64,000 nt of DNA from an uncultured Gammaproteobacteria bacterium (GCA_964436275.1 CAYTBZ010000002.1:13660-77659), one strand, 5' to 3'. Positions 1 to 9,907 are shown, counted from the first letter of the stretch. Numbers and translations are program-made. The notes: a model not told the origin generated them from the sequence alone.

Positions 1-1
1 A

Positions 2-640
2 TTAAGTAAAAATCGGGGGGCGTCGGCTGCTCGTAATTTTGGCTTGAAAAAAGCGCGTGGTCAATTAATTGCTTATTTAGATAGTGATAATGTTTGGCAT
101 CCTGAATTTTTGGAGGTGATGAAGCAGGCTTTTGAAAAATATCCTAAAAAGATATTGATTTTTTGTAAAAAAAATTATCGCCTGACTTTGATTGATGAAA
201 AAGGAAAGGAAAAGCGAATTCGAGATGAATTGACTGGCCATAAGAAATATTTTGATTTAAAGAGATTATGGCACCGCCGGATTATAATTGATACTAATAC
301 AATGTGTCATCGAAAGAAAGAGATTGTAAAATTAGGCGGTTGGGATGAAAAGATAAAATTTTGGGAGGATTGGGAATTGACTTTGAGAATTAGTAAAAAA
401 TATCCTCAAGGTTTTCTTTATCTAAACCGGGCGATGATTGATTATGAGCAGAAAATAGATTTACGTAATTCTGATAAACTTTTTTCTTTCTGGGAGAGAG
501 AAGAGAAAAAAATTTTTCAAAAACATAAAGGGCACCCTTTATTAGAAGGACAAAGTTGGTTCCCTCCTCAAAGAGGCAATAAATCAACTTTAGGAGTAAT
601 TGAGTACTTAAGAGAAAAATATAAATCTTTTCAAAAATAA
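2..640 (+). CDS. Glycosyltransferase family 2, partial (5' end outside window)
   Basis: In-frame upstream translation reads NRGASAARNFGLKKARGQLIAYLDSDN, a GT2 fold with a DxD motif. The ORF runs to the stop at 640. Confidence 0.6.
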   Translation, partial: LSKNRGASAARNFGLKKARGQLIAYLDSDNVWHPEFLEVMKQAFEKYPKKILIFCKKNYRLTLIDEKGKEKRIRDELTGHKKYFDLKRLWHRRIIIDTNTMCHRKKEIVKLGGWDEKIKFWEDWELTLRISKKYPQGFLYLNRAMIDYEQKIDLRNSDKLFSFWEREEKKIFQKHKGHPLLEGQSWFPPQRGNKSTLGVIEYLREKYKSFQK

Positions 641-669
641 ACTTTATCAAATAGATTATTTTTTAACTT

Positions 670-690
670 CCGGATTTCATCCGGTTTTTT
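670..690 (+). terminator. Rho-independent terminator (CCGGAT-ttc-ATCCGG followed by T6)
   Basis: Perfect 6-bp stem with a 3-nt loop, followed by TTTTTT, directly after the GT2 gene stop. Confidence 0.6.
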
Positions 691-698
691 ATTTACCC

Positions 699-727
699 TT
701 GACTTTTATCGAAAAATATGATATTAT
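699..727 (+). promoter_or_regulatory. Sigma70-like promoter TTGACT-17-TATTAT with TG extension
   Basis: TTGACT at 699-704, a 17-nt spacer ending in TGA, and TATTAT at 722-727. It lies about 50 nt upstream of the ORF at 779, which has an AAAGGAG RBS. Confidence 0.5.
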
Positions 728-778
728 TAAATTAGGTAAGATCTTTAAAACTTAAACTCTAAAAAGAAAGGAGAGAAA

Positions 779-1348
779 ATGAAAACTTTGTTAGAAATAT
801 TAGTAATAGGAGTAATGATAGTAAGCGCTGTTTTTGGCCAAACAGAGACACAAGAAGAAGCAGTTAAGCGATTTCTTGAGAATCATCATATTGATAATAA
901 TTTTCTGGGAGTTGATGAATTTCTTCATCAGCCTCCAGGAGCACCGATTCTACCCTTTCTGGTTAACCAAGATTATCAATTGCCTTTTAGCCCCGGTTTT
1001 GGTTTGGTCAAGTCAGAGGGTTTAAAAGTCAGCATGAGAGTTAGGATCAAGTCAACAGAAGTTTTTCTTAATCCAGAAGCTGCTGCTATCGCAGTTAAAA
1101 CAATGGATGAAAAAAAGAATGGTCTCGGGTTTAAATTGTTTTTTTCCTTTAATGAGGTAGCGCCGGCTTTTGCCATGGAAATGATTCTTGATTCAGAGGC
1201 GAATACTTTAATCGGTACAGGAGTGGGTTCAGATTTCCAAGGTTTCTTTTTTATGAAGAGGTGGAAAACTAAAAACGGAGAATTCCGACTTGCAGCGACT
1301 TTTCCTCCTAATTCAATTTCTTTTTCCTATGCCCTTGCTTTAAAATAA
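779..1348 (+). CDS. Hypothetical secreted protein (N-terminal signal peptide)
   Basis: 189-aa ORF with an AAAGGAG RBS at -8. Hydrophobic N-terminus (LLEILVIGVMIVSAVFG). No recognisable domain. Confidence 0.5.
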   Translation: MKTLLEILVIGVMIVSAVFGQTETQEEAVKRFLENHHIDNNFLGVDEFLHQPPGAPILPFLVNQDYQLPFSPGFGLVKSEGLKVSMRVRIKSTEVFLNPEAAAIAVKTMDEKKNGLGFKLFFSFNEVAPAFAMEMILDSEANTLIGTGVGSDFQGFFFMKRWKTKNGEFRLAATFPPNSISFSYALALK

Positions 1349-1360
1349 TAATTTTGTTAA

Positions 1361-1384
1361 AGCCCGCTTTTGCGGGCTTTTTTC
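1361..1384 (+). terminator. Rho-independent terminator (AGCCCGC-tttt-GCGGGCT followed by T-run)
   Basis: 7-bp GC-rich stem plus a U-run, 13 nt after the stop at 1348. Confidence 0.7.
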
Positions 1385-1420
1385 TTGTTTAAAATTATTT
1401 GTTTTGTTATTATTTTAGAA

Positions 1421-1636
1421 ATGAAGAAAAGAATTACAGAAAAAACAATTTTAGCCGAAGTTTTAAGGATTGAGGGGAGTAAAGAAATTTTAGAAAAATA
1501 TAATGTCCCTTGCCTTTTTTGTCCTTTTGCTCTTTTAGAAGCAAATAATTTAACTCTTGGTCAAATTGCTGAAATGTATGAATTAAATTTATCTGGGTTG
1601 TTAAAAGAATTAAATCAACTGAAAAAGAAAAAATAA
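1421..1636 (+). CDS. Small DUF1858-like protein (putative disulfide oxidoreductase domain)
   Basis: MKKRITEKTILAEVLRIEGSKEILEKYNVPCLFCPF...IAEMYELN resembles DUF1858. The ORF-track start at 1370 (TTG) overlaps the terminator hairpin, so the ATG at 1421 is preferred. Confidence 0.4.
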   Translation: MKKRITEKTILAEVLRIEGSKEILEKYNVPCLFCPFALLEANNLTLGQIAEMYELNLSGLLKELNQLKKKK

Positions 1637-1651
1637 TTACTTGTTTTAAAT

Positions 1652-1676
1652 AAATCTCGTTTAAAAACGAGATTTA
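1652..1676. terminator. Bidirectional terminator (AAATCTCGT-loop-ACGAGATTT), A-run before and T-run after
   Basis: Perfect 9-bp inverted repeat between the convergent ORF 1421..1636 (+) and rpmB (-). Confidence 0.6.
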
Positions 1677-1719
1677 TTTGTCTTTAGATTCTTAATATGT
1701 TAAAATTTTTAGAAATAAT

Positions 1720-1899
1720 TTAAATCTTCCCTTGTTTGACCAAGGTTCTTAAACATCTAGTACAAATAGTTATTTTCTTTCCCTGAATAATTTTTGTCTG
1801 AAGATTTAAATGTTGCTTTCGTTTTGTTGCCCTCATTGAATGACTTCTTTTTACTGAAGAAAGGGCTGTTCTTCCACAAATAGCACATTTACGAGACAT
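1720..1899 (-). CDS. rpmB: 50S ribosomal protein L28 (zinc-ribbon C+ form)
   Basis: The reverse-strand translation is MSRKCAICGRTALSSVKRSHSMRATKRKQHLNLQTKIIQGKKITICTRCLRTLVKQGKI, matching the L28 signature (MSRxC...GxxxxSHS...TKRxxxxNLQ). It has a CxxC...CxxC pattern. It is absent from the supplied ORF track (59 aa). Confidence 0.85.
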   Translation of the reverse strand: MSRKCAICGRTALSSVKRSHSMRATKRKQHLNLQTKIIQGKKITICTRCLRTLVKQGKI

Positions 1900-1968
1900 A
1901 GTTGAGTAATTAAATTTAAAATATAATTATCAATAACTTAGCAAAAAAGAAAAAATAAATCAAGAGAA

Positions 1969-2589
1969 ATGGGGATTGAGTTAATTTTTATTATTTTAAT
2001 TTTTCTTTTTTCAGTTATAATTCATGAGGTCTCTCATGGCTTAGCAGCTGATGCTTTAGGTGATCCAACGCCTCGTTTGGCAGGTCGTCTTTCTCTTAAT
2101 CCCTTACGTCATTTAGATCCCTTTGGCTCAGTTTTACTTCCTCTTTTGTTGATCTTTAGCGGAAGCAGGTTTGTTTTTGGTTGGGCAAAGCCAGTTCCAA
2201 TTAATCCTCTATATTTAAGAGATAAAAAGTATGGTCCAGCCAAGGTTGCTTTAGCCGGACCAGGAGCAAATTTACTGCTTGCTTTTATTTTTGGTTTATT
2301 CCTTCGTTTTTCTATCCACTGGTTCCCTCATTTAACCCGTTTCTATCTTTTCTTAAGCTACATTGTTTATATTAATATCCTTTTGGCTGTTTTTAATCTT
2401 ATACCTCTGCCTCCTCTTGATGGTTCGCATATTCTTTTTGCTTTTTTGCCATCTTCAACTCTTAAAATTTTTCTTCAAAAATACGGAATTTTTATTTTAG
2501 TTTTATTTATTTTTTTCGGTTTCCCTTTTATTTTACCTATTGTTTTTTCTATTTATAAACTTTTTGTCGGCTCTCCAATAATTTTTTAG
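1969..2589 (+). CDS. Site-2 protease-like M50 family membrane zinc metalloprotease
   Basis: HEVSHG (HExxH) motif in a polytopic membrane protein. NPLxxLDGG-like motif NLIPLPPLDGSH. Confidence 0.7.
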   Translation: MGIELIFIILIFLFSVIIHEVSHGLAADALGDPTPRLAGRLSLNPLRHLDPFGSVLLPLLLIFSGSRFVFGWAKPVPINPLYLRDKKYGPAKVALAGPGANLLLAFIFGLFLRFSIHWFPHLTRFYLFLSYIVYINILLAVFNLIPLPPLDGSHILFAFLPSSTLKIFLQKYGIFILVLFIFFGFPFILPIVFSIYKLFVGSPIIF

Positions 2590-2598
2590 TTATAATTA

Positions 2599-2627
2599 TT
2601 GACAATTTTATAAGTATTCTTTATAAT
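2599..2627 (+). promoter_or_regulatory. Consensus sigma70 promoter TTGACA-17-TATAAT of the str/S10/spc super-operon
   Basis: TTGACA at 2599-2604, an exact 17-nt spacer, and TATAAT at 2622-2627, about 50 nt upstream of rpsL. Confidence 0.7.
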
Positions 2628-2675
2628 GGGATAAACTAATTGAGAATTTTGGAAAATTATTTTATTTTTTATTTT

Positions 2676-3122
2676 ATGCCAACCATTCAACAATTAATTA
2701 GAAAAAAAAGAAAGAAAGTAAAGAAGAAACCAAAAACGCCAGTTCTAAGAAAAAACCTTAATGCTCTGAAAAGGAAAGTTTATGAAAGTAAAAAGGGCAA
2801 TCCTTTCAAAAGAGGAGTGTGTATAAAAGTAACTACAATGACTCCTAAAAAGCCAAATTCTGCTTTGAGAAAAATTGCTCGAGTTAGATTGTCTTCCGGA
2901 GAAGAAGTAACTGCTTATATTCCCGGTATTGGTCATAATCTGCAAGAGCACTCCGTAGTTTTGGTTAGGGGAGGAAGAGTTAAGGATTTACCTGGCGTTC
3001 GTTATCATATTGTTCGCGGAGTTTATGATGCTAGCGGAGTTGAAGGCAGAAAGACCAGTAGAAGTGCTTATGGAGTGAAAAAGGAAAAAACAAAAACCAA
3101 AGAAACAAAAAAAGAAGAATAA
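2676..3122 (+). CDS. rpsL: 30S ribosomal protein S12 (with Lys/Glu-rich C-terminal tail)
   Basis: [10 protein letters not shown]...PNSALRK...[18 protein letters not shown]. The ORF-track start at 2640 (TTG) was trimmed to the canonical MPTIQQL ATG. Confidence 0.95.
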   Translation: MPTIQQLIRKKRKKVKKKPKTPVLRKNLNALKRKVYESKKGNPFKRGVCIKVTTMTPKKPNSALRKIARVRLSSGEEVTAYIPGIGHNLQEHSVVLVRGGRVKDLPGVRYHIVRGVYDASGVEGRKTSRSAYGVKKEKTKTKETKKEE

Positions 3123-3139
3123 AGAATAAAAATTAATTT

Positions 3140-3613
3140 ATGAGAGGAAAAAAGAAAATACCTGAAAGAAAAATTAATCCTGATCCTAAATATGGTCGGG
3201 TAATTATTGCAAAATTCATTAATTATATAATGAGAAGAGGTAAAAAGACAGTAGCCCAGAAAATTGTTTATCAGGCCTTTGATATTATTAAAGAAAGGAC
3301 GAAGAAAGATCCTTTAGAGGTTTTTGATTTAGCTATAAAAAATGTCTCTCCAGAAGTAGAAGTTCGCTCACGAAGGATTGGCGGTGCAAATTATCAAATA
3401 CCTATTTATACTAATGAAAAAAGACGTTTATCTTTGGCTTTTCGTTGGATAATCCAAGCAGCAAAAGCGAAGAAAGGTAAGGCAATGGCAGAAAAATTGG
3501 CTGAAGAATTAATAGAGGCATCGGAAAATCAAGGAGCAGCAGTAAAGAAAAAAGAAGAAGTTTATAAAATGGCTCAGGCAAACCGAGCTTTTGCTCATTT
3601 TGCTGGTTATTAA
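3140..3613 (+). CDS. rpsG: 30S ribosomal protein S7
   Basis: The S7 family sequence [34 protein letters not shown]. Confidence 0.95.
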   Translation: MRGKKKIPERKINPDPKYGRVIIAKFINYIMRRGKKTVAQKIVYQAFDIIKERTKKDPLEVFDLAIKNVSPEVEVRSRRIGGANYQIPIYTNEKRRLSLAFRWIIQAAKAKKGKAMAEKLAEELIEASENQGAAVKKKEEVYKMAQANRAFAHFAGY

Positions 3614-3630
3614 TTTATAATTTATAGCTT

Positions 3631-5730
3631 ATGCCCAGAGAATATCCATTAGAAAAAGTTAGAAACATTGGTATCATCGCTCATATAGATGCAGGAAAAA
3701 CTACGGTCACTGAGCGAATTTTATATTATACAGGAAAAAAACACAAAATTGGTGAAGTTCATAATGGTGAGGCAGAAATGGACTGGATGGAGCAAGAAAA
3801 AGAAAGAGGAATTACTATTACTTCTGCAGCAACTACCTGTTTTTGGCCATTAGAACCTAAGGAAAGGACTCATCGGATAAATATTATTGACACACCTGGA
3901 CACATTGATTTTACTGCCGAAGTTCAACGCTCATTAAGGGTTTTAGACGGAGGGGTAGTTGTTTTTGACGGAGTAGCCGGGGTGGAACCCCAGTCAGAAA
4001 CTGTTTGGCATCAAGCGGAAAAGTTTGGTGTTCCCTTGATTTGTTTTATTAATAAAATGGATAGAATGGGGGCTGATTTTTATTATAGCCTTCAGACCAT
4101 TCATCAACGTTTGACAAAAAATGCTTATCCTATTCAACTTCCTCTTGGCCGAGAGGAAAATTTCAGGGGTATTATAGATTTATTTACTCGAGAAGCGGAA
4201 ATATATAAGGATGATATGGGTAAAGAGATTGTTCACCAAGAAGTTCCTTCTGAAATGAAAGAGGAAGTAGAAAAATATCGTCACCAATTAGTTGAAGCAA
4301 TTGTTGAGCACGATGAGAACTTATTAGAAAAATATCTGAAGGGAGAAGAAATAGAGATAAATGATTTAAAGAGAGTTTTAAGAAAAGCAACTATTGAGGG
4401 GAAAATAGTTCCAGTTCTTTGTGGTTCAGCCCTTAAAAACAAGGGAATTCAATTTTTATTAGATGCTATTGTGGATTATTTACCTTCTCCTTTAGATATC
4501 CCGCCGGCTAAAGGTATTAATCCTCAAACTAATGAAGAGGTTTTGGTAAAAGCATCTGATGACGAACCATTTTGTGCTTTGGCTTTTAAACTGATGGCTG
4601 ATCCATTTGTTGGAAATCTTTGCTATTTTCGGGTATATTCAGGAAAACTTCCTGCTGGTTCTTATGTTTTAGATACAAGTACAGGTAAAAAAGAGAGAAT
4701 CGGACGGATTTTAAGAATGCACGCCAATAAAAGAGAAGAAGTTAAAGAAATTTATGCTGGAGAGATAGCTGCAGCCGTTGGCTTGAAAGATGTTTCTACT
4801 GGTCATACTCTTTGCGACCCACAAAGACCAGTTGTTTTGGAATCAATAACTTTTCCTGAGCCAGTTATCTCTGTAGCTATAGAGCCTAAGACAAAGTCAG
4901 ACCAAGAAAAAATGGGTTTAGCTTTAACTAAACTAATGAGAGAAGACCCGACTTTTAAAGTAAAAACCGATGAAGAGACAGGACAAACAATAATTTCAGG
5001 AATGGGGGAATTACATTTAGATATCATAGTTGATAGATTAAAAAGGGAATTTAAGGTAGAAGCATTAGTTGGTAAACCGCAGGTTGCTTATAAAGAAACA
5101 ATTAAAATACCTGCTGAGGCAGAAGGGAAATATATTCATCAATCAGGAGGTCGTGGGCAATATGGCCATTGTTGGTTAAGGTTAGAACCATTAGAAAGAG
5201 GAAAGGGCTTTGAGTTTGTTGATGCAATCAAAGGAGGAATTATTCCCAAAGAATTTATTCCAGCAATTGAAAAAGGAGTGAAAGAAGCAATGGCTAATGG
5301 TATTTTAGCCGGTTATCCAGTAGTAGATGTAAAAACTACTGTTTATGATGGTTCTTATCATGAAGTGGATTCTTCAGAAATTGCTTTTAAAATTGCTGCT
5401 ATTCGCGCTTTTCAAGAAGGAGCAAAAAAAGCTAATCCAGTTCTTTTAGAGCCGATAATGAAAATAGAAGTTGTTGTTCCTGAGCAATTTTTAGGTGATG
5501 TTGTTGGTGACCTTAATTCAAGGAGAGTTAAACTAAAAGAAATAAAAGAAAGGGGACAGATGAAAGTTATTGATGGAGAGATTCCTTTAGCAGAAATGTT
5601 TGGCTATGCTACTAGCCTGAGATCATTAACTCAGGGCAGGGGTAATTATTCAATGGAATTTTCTCATTATCAAGAAGTTCCTGCTAATATTGCTGAAAAG
5701 ATTATCGGAGAAAAAACATCAGAGAAATAA
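3631..5730 (+). CDS. fusA: Elongation factor G
   Basis: AHIDAGKTT and DTPGHIDF GTPase motifs. 699 aa with the EF-G domain order. Confidence 0.95.
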   Translation: MPREYPLEKVRNIGIIAHIDAGKTTVTERILYYTGKKHKIGEVHNGEAEMDWMEQEKERGITITSAATTCFWPLEPKERTHRINIIDTPGHIDFTAEVQRSLRVLDGGVVVFDGVAGVEPQSETVWHQAEKFGVPLICFINKMDRMGADFYYSLQTIHQRLTKNAYPIQLPLGREENFRGIIDLFTREAEIYKDDMGKEIVHQEVPSEMKEEVEKYRHQLVEAIVEHDENLLEKYLKGEEIEINDLKRVLRKATIEGKIVPVLCGSALKNKGIQFLLDAIVDYLPSPLDIPPAKGINPQTNEEVLVKASDDEPFCALAFKLMADPFVGNLCYFRVYSGKLPAGSYVLDTSTGKKERIGRILRMHANKREEVKEIYAGEIAAAVGLKDVSTGHTLCDPQRPVVLESITFPEPVISVAIEPKTKSDQEKMGLALTKLMREDPTFKVKTDEETGQTIISGMGELHLDIIVDRLKREFKVEALVGKPQVAYKETIKIPAEAEGKYIHQSGGRGQYGHCWLRLEPLERGKGFEFVDAIKGGIIPKEFIPAIEKGVKEAMANGILAGYPVVDVKTTVYDGSYHEVDSSEIAFKIAAIRAFQEGAKKANPVLLEPIMKIEVVVPEQFLGDVVGDLNSRRVKLKEIKERGQMKVIDGEIPLAEMFGYATSLRSLTQGRGNYSMEFSHYQEVPANIAEKIIGEKTSEK

Positions 5731-5797
5731 AAGAATATTGATTTATTTTTTTGTTTATTAGATAATAAGAACAATAAATGAAAATATAAGAAAAATT

Positions 5798-6064
5798 ATG
5801 GATTCTCTAAAAGAGATAATTGAATTGCTAAAGAGAACGGGAGATAAATTTATTCTTTTAAATGAAGGGAAACCGATTGGAGTGATAATGACCTTTGAAG
5901 ATTATAATGATTTAATTTTTACCAAAAGCGGAGTATCTGACTTGACAGAAGAAGAATTGCTCAATAAAATAAACAGAGAAATTGCTATATGGAAAGCAAG
6001 TCAAGATAAAGAGAAGATTGAGAAGTTTGATCTATATAGTGGTTTTAAAAAAATTAATAACTAA
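5798..6064 (+). CDS. Hypothetical small protein inserted between fusA and tuf
   Basis: 88-aa ORF. The segment FILLNEGKPIGVIMTFEDYNDL weakly resembles the Phd/YefM antitoxin fold. No adjacent toxin. Confidence 0.35.
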   Translation: MDSLKEIIELLKRTGDKFILLNEGKPIGVIMTFEDYNDLIFTKSGVSDLTEEELLNKINREIAIWKASQDKEKIEKFDLYSGFKKINN

Positions 6065-6115
6065 CCTGAAAAATGACTGGTTATCTATAAAAGTATAACC
6101 AAAGTCATTTTCAGG
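6065..6115 (+). other. Long imperfect hairpin (about 13 bp stem, 18-nt loop) immediately upstream of tuf
   Basis: CCTGAAAAATGACTGG ... CCAAAGTCATTTTCAGG. It has no U-run after it and sits 20 nt before the tuf RBS AAAGGAG. Confidence 0.5.
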
Positions 6116-6135
6116 ATTATAAAGGAGTTAATTTT

Positions 6136-7335
6136 ATGGCAGCAAAAGAAAAATTTGAAAGAACTAAGCCCCATCTTAACATTGGGACAATTGGTCATGT
6201 AGACCACGGTAAAACTACTTTAACCGCAGCGATTTTACATATTCTTCGCTTACAGGGGAAAAGAGCAGATGAAAAGACGGTTGATGAAATTGATAATGCT
6301 CCTGAAGAAAAAGAAAGAGGAATTACCATTGCTACGGCTCACGTAGAATATGAGACAGATAAGCGTCATTATGCTCATATTGATTGTCCAGGTCATGCTG
6401 ACTATATTAAAAATATGATTACCGGTACGGCTCAGATGGATGGTGCTATCTTGGTTGTTTCTGCTGCTGATGGTCCAATGCCTCAGACAAGGGAACACAT
6501 CCTTTTAGCCCGTCAGGTAGGTGTTCCTTCTATTGTTGTTTTCCTTAATAAGGTTGATATGGTAGAAGATAAAGAATTAGTTGATTTAGTTGAAGAAGAG
6601 GTGAGAGGCCTCCTTAAAAAATACGAATATCCAGGAGATGAAATTCCAATAATCCGTGGTTCTGCCTTAAAAGCATTAGATTGTAAAGACCTTAATTGTG
6701 AAGCAGCAAAGCCGATTTTAGATTTACTAAAAGCGATTGATGACTATATTCCTGAACCAGTAAGAGATTTAGATAAGCCATTCTTGATGCCTATTGAAGA
6801 TATTTTCTCTATTGAAGGAAGAGGGACAGTAGTTACTGGAAGGATAGAAAGAGGAGTAGTCCATCTTAATGATGAAGTAGAAATTGTTGGTTTAAAACCG
6901 ACTAAAAAAACAGTGGTTACAGGTATAGAAATGTTTAAAAAAGCTTTAGACGAAGGAAGAGCCGGGGATAACGCAGGAATTCTTCTCCGTGGAATCAAAA
7001 AGGATGAAGTGGAAAGAGGACAAGTATTAGCTAAACCAGGGACAGTTACTCCTCATTCAGAATTTGAGGCAGAAGTGTATATTCTTTCTAAAGAAGAAGG
7101 CGGGCGCCATTCCCCATTTTTTAGCGGATATAAACCACAATTCTATATTCGGACCACTGATGTTACTGGAGAAATTACTTTACCTCAAGGAGTAGAAATG
7201 GTCATGCCAGGAGATACAGTAAACTTACATATAAAGTTAATTTACCCTGTTGCTTTAGAAGAAAAGCAAAGATTTGCTATTCGTGAAGGAGGTAAAACTG
7301 TTGGTGCTGGTGTAGTAACTAAGATCATTAAATAA
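6136..7335 (+). CDS. tuf: Elongation factor Tu
   Basis: [13 protein letters not shown] and DCPGHADY motifs. 399 aa. Confidence 0.97.
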   Translation: MAAKEKFERTKPHLNIGTIGHVDHGKTTLTAAILHILRLQGKRADEKTVDEIDNAPEEKERGITIATAHVEYETDKRHYAHIDCPGHADYIKNMITGTAQMDGAILVVSAADGPMPQTREHILLARQVGVPSIVVFLNKVDMVEDKELVDLVEEEVRGLLKKYEYPGDEIPIIRGSALKALDCKDLNCEAAKPILDLLKAIDDYIPEPVRDLDKPFLMPIEDIFSIEGRGTVVTGRIERGVVHLNDEVEIVGLKPTKKTVVTGIEMFKKALDEGRAGDNAGILLRGIKKDEVERGQVLAKPGTVTPHSEFEAEVYILSKEEGGRHSPFFSGYKPQFYIRTTDVTGEITLPQGVEMVMPGDTVNLHIKLIYPVALEEKQRFAIREGGKTVGAGVVTKIIK

Positions 7336-7382
7336 TTTTTATAAAAAAGAAAAACAGAGAGCTGTTAAGAGAGGAAAATTAA

Positions 7383-7748
7383 ATGGAAGCAAAAAAAGAA
7401 GAAAAAAAAATAGCCGAGAATAATGAACAAGAAGAGGAATATCGGCCCCGTTTGAGGTTGAAGATTAGGGCATATGATCATAAAATTATTGATCAGTCCG
7501 TTAAGACAATAATTGAAGCAGCCAAAAAGACGGGTGCTGAAGTTGTTGGGCCTATTCCTTTACCTACTGAGAGAAAGGTATATACTGTTTTGCGTTCTAC
7601 TTTTGTCCATAAAGATTCACGTGAGCAATTTGAAAAACGAAAGCATAAACGATTAATTGATATTATTGATCCTTCTCCTAAGACAATTGAGGCAATGACT
7701 AATTTAGATTTGCCTGCAGGGGTTGACATTCAGATAAAAATGCAGTAA
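7383..7748 (+). CDS. rpsJ: 30S ribosomal protein S10 (N-terminal about 20-aa K/E extension)
   Basis: The S10 core [40 protein letters not shown]. Confidence 0.93.
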   Translation: MEAKKEEKKIAENNEQEEEYRPRLRLKIRAYDHKIIDQSVKTIIEAAKKTGAEVVGPIPLPTERKVYTVLRSTFVHKDSREQFEKRKHKRLIDIIDPSPKTIEAMTNLDLPAGVDIQIKMQ

Positions 7749-7791
7749 ATTCTTAATGTTTATTTGGTTTTTTATTTTCTTTTAATAACCC

Positions 7792-7919
7792 CCTTAGGGA
7801 AGTGTTAAAAGAAAATAATTTACCTAAGGAGATTAATCGTCTCAAGCAAAATAATTAAAAGTTAACCAGATTTTAAAAGCCGGCTTAAAAGGTGTAATCT
7901 GGTTCTTGAGTCGGCTTTT
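7792..7919 (+). promoter_or_regulatory. Structured intercistronic RNA element between rpsJ and rplC (three hairpins, two mutually exclusive)
   Basis: One hairpin pairs CCTTAGG (7792-7798) with CCTAAGG (7823-7829). A second pairs AACCAGATT (7864-7872) with AATCTGGTT (7896-7904). A third pairs AAAAGCCG (7875-7882) with CGGCTTTT (7912-7919), and its 5' arm lies in the loop of the second hairpin. Confidence 0.4.
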
Positions 7920-7956
7920 CTATTAGACATCTTTCTCTAATAAAATAAAAGAAAAA

Positions 7957-8745
7957 ATGAAATTTATTTTAGGGAAAAAAGTAAAAATGACTCAGGATTT
8001 TAGAGAAAAAGGAGAAGTTGTCCCTCTAACAGTAATTGAGGCAGGTCCTTGTTTAATTACGCAAATAAAAACCAAAGAAAAAGATGGCTATCAAGCGGTC
8101 CAAGTTGGTTTTGGTTTTAAAAAGAAATTGACTAAACCATTAAGAGGTCATCTTAAAAATTTAGGCAATTTTAGATATTTAAAAGAATTCCGCTTAAGAG
8201 ATGATGAGGATATTTCTTTATTTAAAGTTGGTTTAGAAATAAAGGTTGATCTTTTTTCTCCAGGAGACAAAGTCCAAGTTACTGGCACATCTAAAGGAAA
8301 AGGGTTTGCTGGGGTAGTTAAGAGACATGGTTTTCATGGAAGTCCGGCTTCACATGGCCATAAAGACCAATTAAGAATGCCTGGTTCTATTGGAGCAACT
8401 GATCCAGCAAGAGTGTTTAAAGGAACAAGAATGGCTGGCCGAATGGGAGGTCAAAGGGTTACTATCAAAAATTTGGAAGTTTTTAAGATTGATAAAGAAA
8501 ATAATTTACTTTATTTAAAAGGAGCAGTCCCTGGAGCAAGGGGCTCTCTTGTTTTAATAAAGGGTGAAGGAGAATTTAAATTAGAAGAGGAAAAACCAAA
8601 AGAAGAAAAACCAAAAGAGGAAAAACAAGAGGAAAAACAGGATAAGGAAAAACAGGAAGAAGAGGCAAAAGAAAAGAAAGTTGAAAAGGAAGAAACCATG
8701 AAAACAAGTGAACAGAATAGCCAAAAAGAGAAGGAGGAAAAATAA
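7957..8745 (+). CDS. rplC: 50S ribosomal protein L3 (with about 50-aa E/K-rich C-terminal extension)
   Basis: MKFILGKKVKMTQDF...GTSKGKGFAGVVKRHGF. Confidence 0.93.
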   Translation: MKFILGKKVKMTQDFREKGEVVPLTVIEAGPCLITQIKTKEKDGYQAVQVGFGFKKKLTKPLRGHLKNLGNFRYLKEFRLRDDEDISLFKVGLEIKVDLFSPGDKVQVTGTSKGKGFAGVVKRHGFHGSPASHGHKDQLRMPGSIGATDPARVFKGTRMAGRMGGQRVTIKNLEVFKIDKENNLLYLKGAVPGARGSLVLIKGEGEFKLEEEKPKEEKPKEEKQEEKQDKEKQEEEAKEKKVEKEETMKTSEQNSQKEKEEK

Positions 8746-8753
8746 AAATATCT

Positions 8754-9431
8754 ATGAAAGAAGATAATTTAAAAATCCAAGTTTATAATCAAAAAGGAGA
8801 GGTAATTGGTGAAGAGAAATTGAACCCCCAAATTTTTGGATTAAAAGTTAATCCTTATTTAATTCATCAAGTAGTAGTTGTCCAAGAAGCGAATAAAAGA
8901 CAGCCTTTGGCTCATACTAAAACCAGAGGAGAAGTAAGAGGAGGAGGAGCAAAACCTTGGCGACAGAAAGGGACAGGTCGGGCTAGAGCTGGCTCAATTC
9001 GTTCTCCGATATGGATAGGCGGAGGGGTGGTTTTCGGTCCAAGAAAAGAGAGAGTATTTAAGAAGAAAATTAATAAAAAAGCTAAACGTCTAGCTCTTTT
9101 AATGGTCCTTTCCGACCGGGTAGAAAATAAGAAGTTGCTTTTGGTAGATAAACTAGAATTAAAAGAAGGTAAAACAAAAGAAATGGTAAATATTTTAAAC
9201 AACTTTCCTTTTAAAAAAAAGAAAACCCTGATTGTTTTAGGGAAAATTGACAAGAAAATAATCAGGGCTTCAGCCAATATCCCCTTAGTTAAGACAATTT
9301 TAGCTGACAGTTTGAATGTAAAAGATATCCTTAATCATGAATTCATTTTCTTAACAAAGAACTCTTTACCAGTCATTGAATCTACTTATTTAAAAAATAA
9401 AAATAAAAAGATAAAAAAAGAAAAGAATTAA
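8754..9431 (+). CDS. rplD: 50S ribosomal protein L4
   Basis: The L4 family sequence KTRGEVRGGGAKPWRQKGTGRARAGSIRSPIWIGGGVVFGP. Confidence 0.93.
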   Translation: MKEDNLKIQVYNQKGEVIGEEKLNPQIFGLKVNPYLIHQVVVVQEANKRQPLAHTKTRGEVRGGGAKPWRQKGTGRARAGSIRSPIWIGGGVVFGPRKERVFKKKINKKAKRLALLMVLSDRVENKKLLLVDKLELKEGKTKEMVNILNNFPFKKKKTLIVLGKIDKKIIRASANIPLVKTILADSLNVKDILNHEFIFLTKNSLPVIESTYLKNKNKKIKKEKN

Positions 9432-9440
9432 GAGAGAACA

Positions 9441-9896
9441 ATGAGTATATTTAGTAAATTTAAAAAAACTAAAAGTAAGGAAGAAAAAAAGAAAGAAGGA
9501 AAAAAGGAAGAAAAGAAAATAGAAAAGGGATTGAAAGAGCAGAAAAAAGAAGAAGTTTTGCTTAAGAAAAAGAGTGAAGAGAAAAAGAGAGTAGCTGGGG
9601 TTCCGGGAGAATTATATCAGATTCTTTTACGACCTTTAGTTACAGAAAAATCCACTGATTTACAAAAGAAAAATCAATATGTTTTTGCTGTTAAATACTC
9701 GGCAAACAAAATAGAGGTCAAAAAAGCAGTAGAAAAAATTTATGGAGTAAAGGTAGAGAAGGTTAGAATTATTAAGATGCCGGGTAAAAGAGTAAGATAT
9801 GGACGTGCTCAAGGAAAGACAAAAAGATGGAAAAAAGCCATTGTTTTTTTACCAAAGGAGGAGAAAATAGATGTTTTTGGAAGTTATAAAAAATAA
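9441..9896 (+). CDS. rplW: 50S ribosomal protein L23 (K/E-rich N-terminal extension)
   Basis: The L23 core [44 protein letters not shown]. Confidence 0.9.
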   Translation: MSIFSKFKKTKSKEEKKKEGKKEEKKIEKGLKEQKKEEVLLKKKSEEKKRVAGVPGELYQILLRPLVTEKSTDLQKKNQYVFAVKYSANKIEVKKAVEKIYGVKVEKVRIIKMPGKRVRYGRAQGKTKRWKKAIVFLPKEEKIDVFGSYKK

Positions 9897-9907
9897 TTTT
9901 TAAAAAA

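Noticed and set aside
1370-1420. TTG-initiated N-terminal extension of the DUF1858-like ORF
   Set aside because: The extension is encoded by the stem and U-run of the upstream terminator hairpin. The ATG at 1421 is more plausible.
8511-8745. Low-complexity EEKPKEEKQEEK repeats at the 3' end of rplC as a possible tandem repeat or mobile remnant
   Set aside because: They are in-frame and belong to the K/E-rich tail family seen on many r-proteins here. This is a compositional extension, not a separate element.
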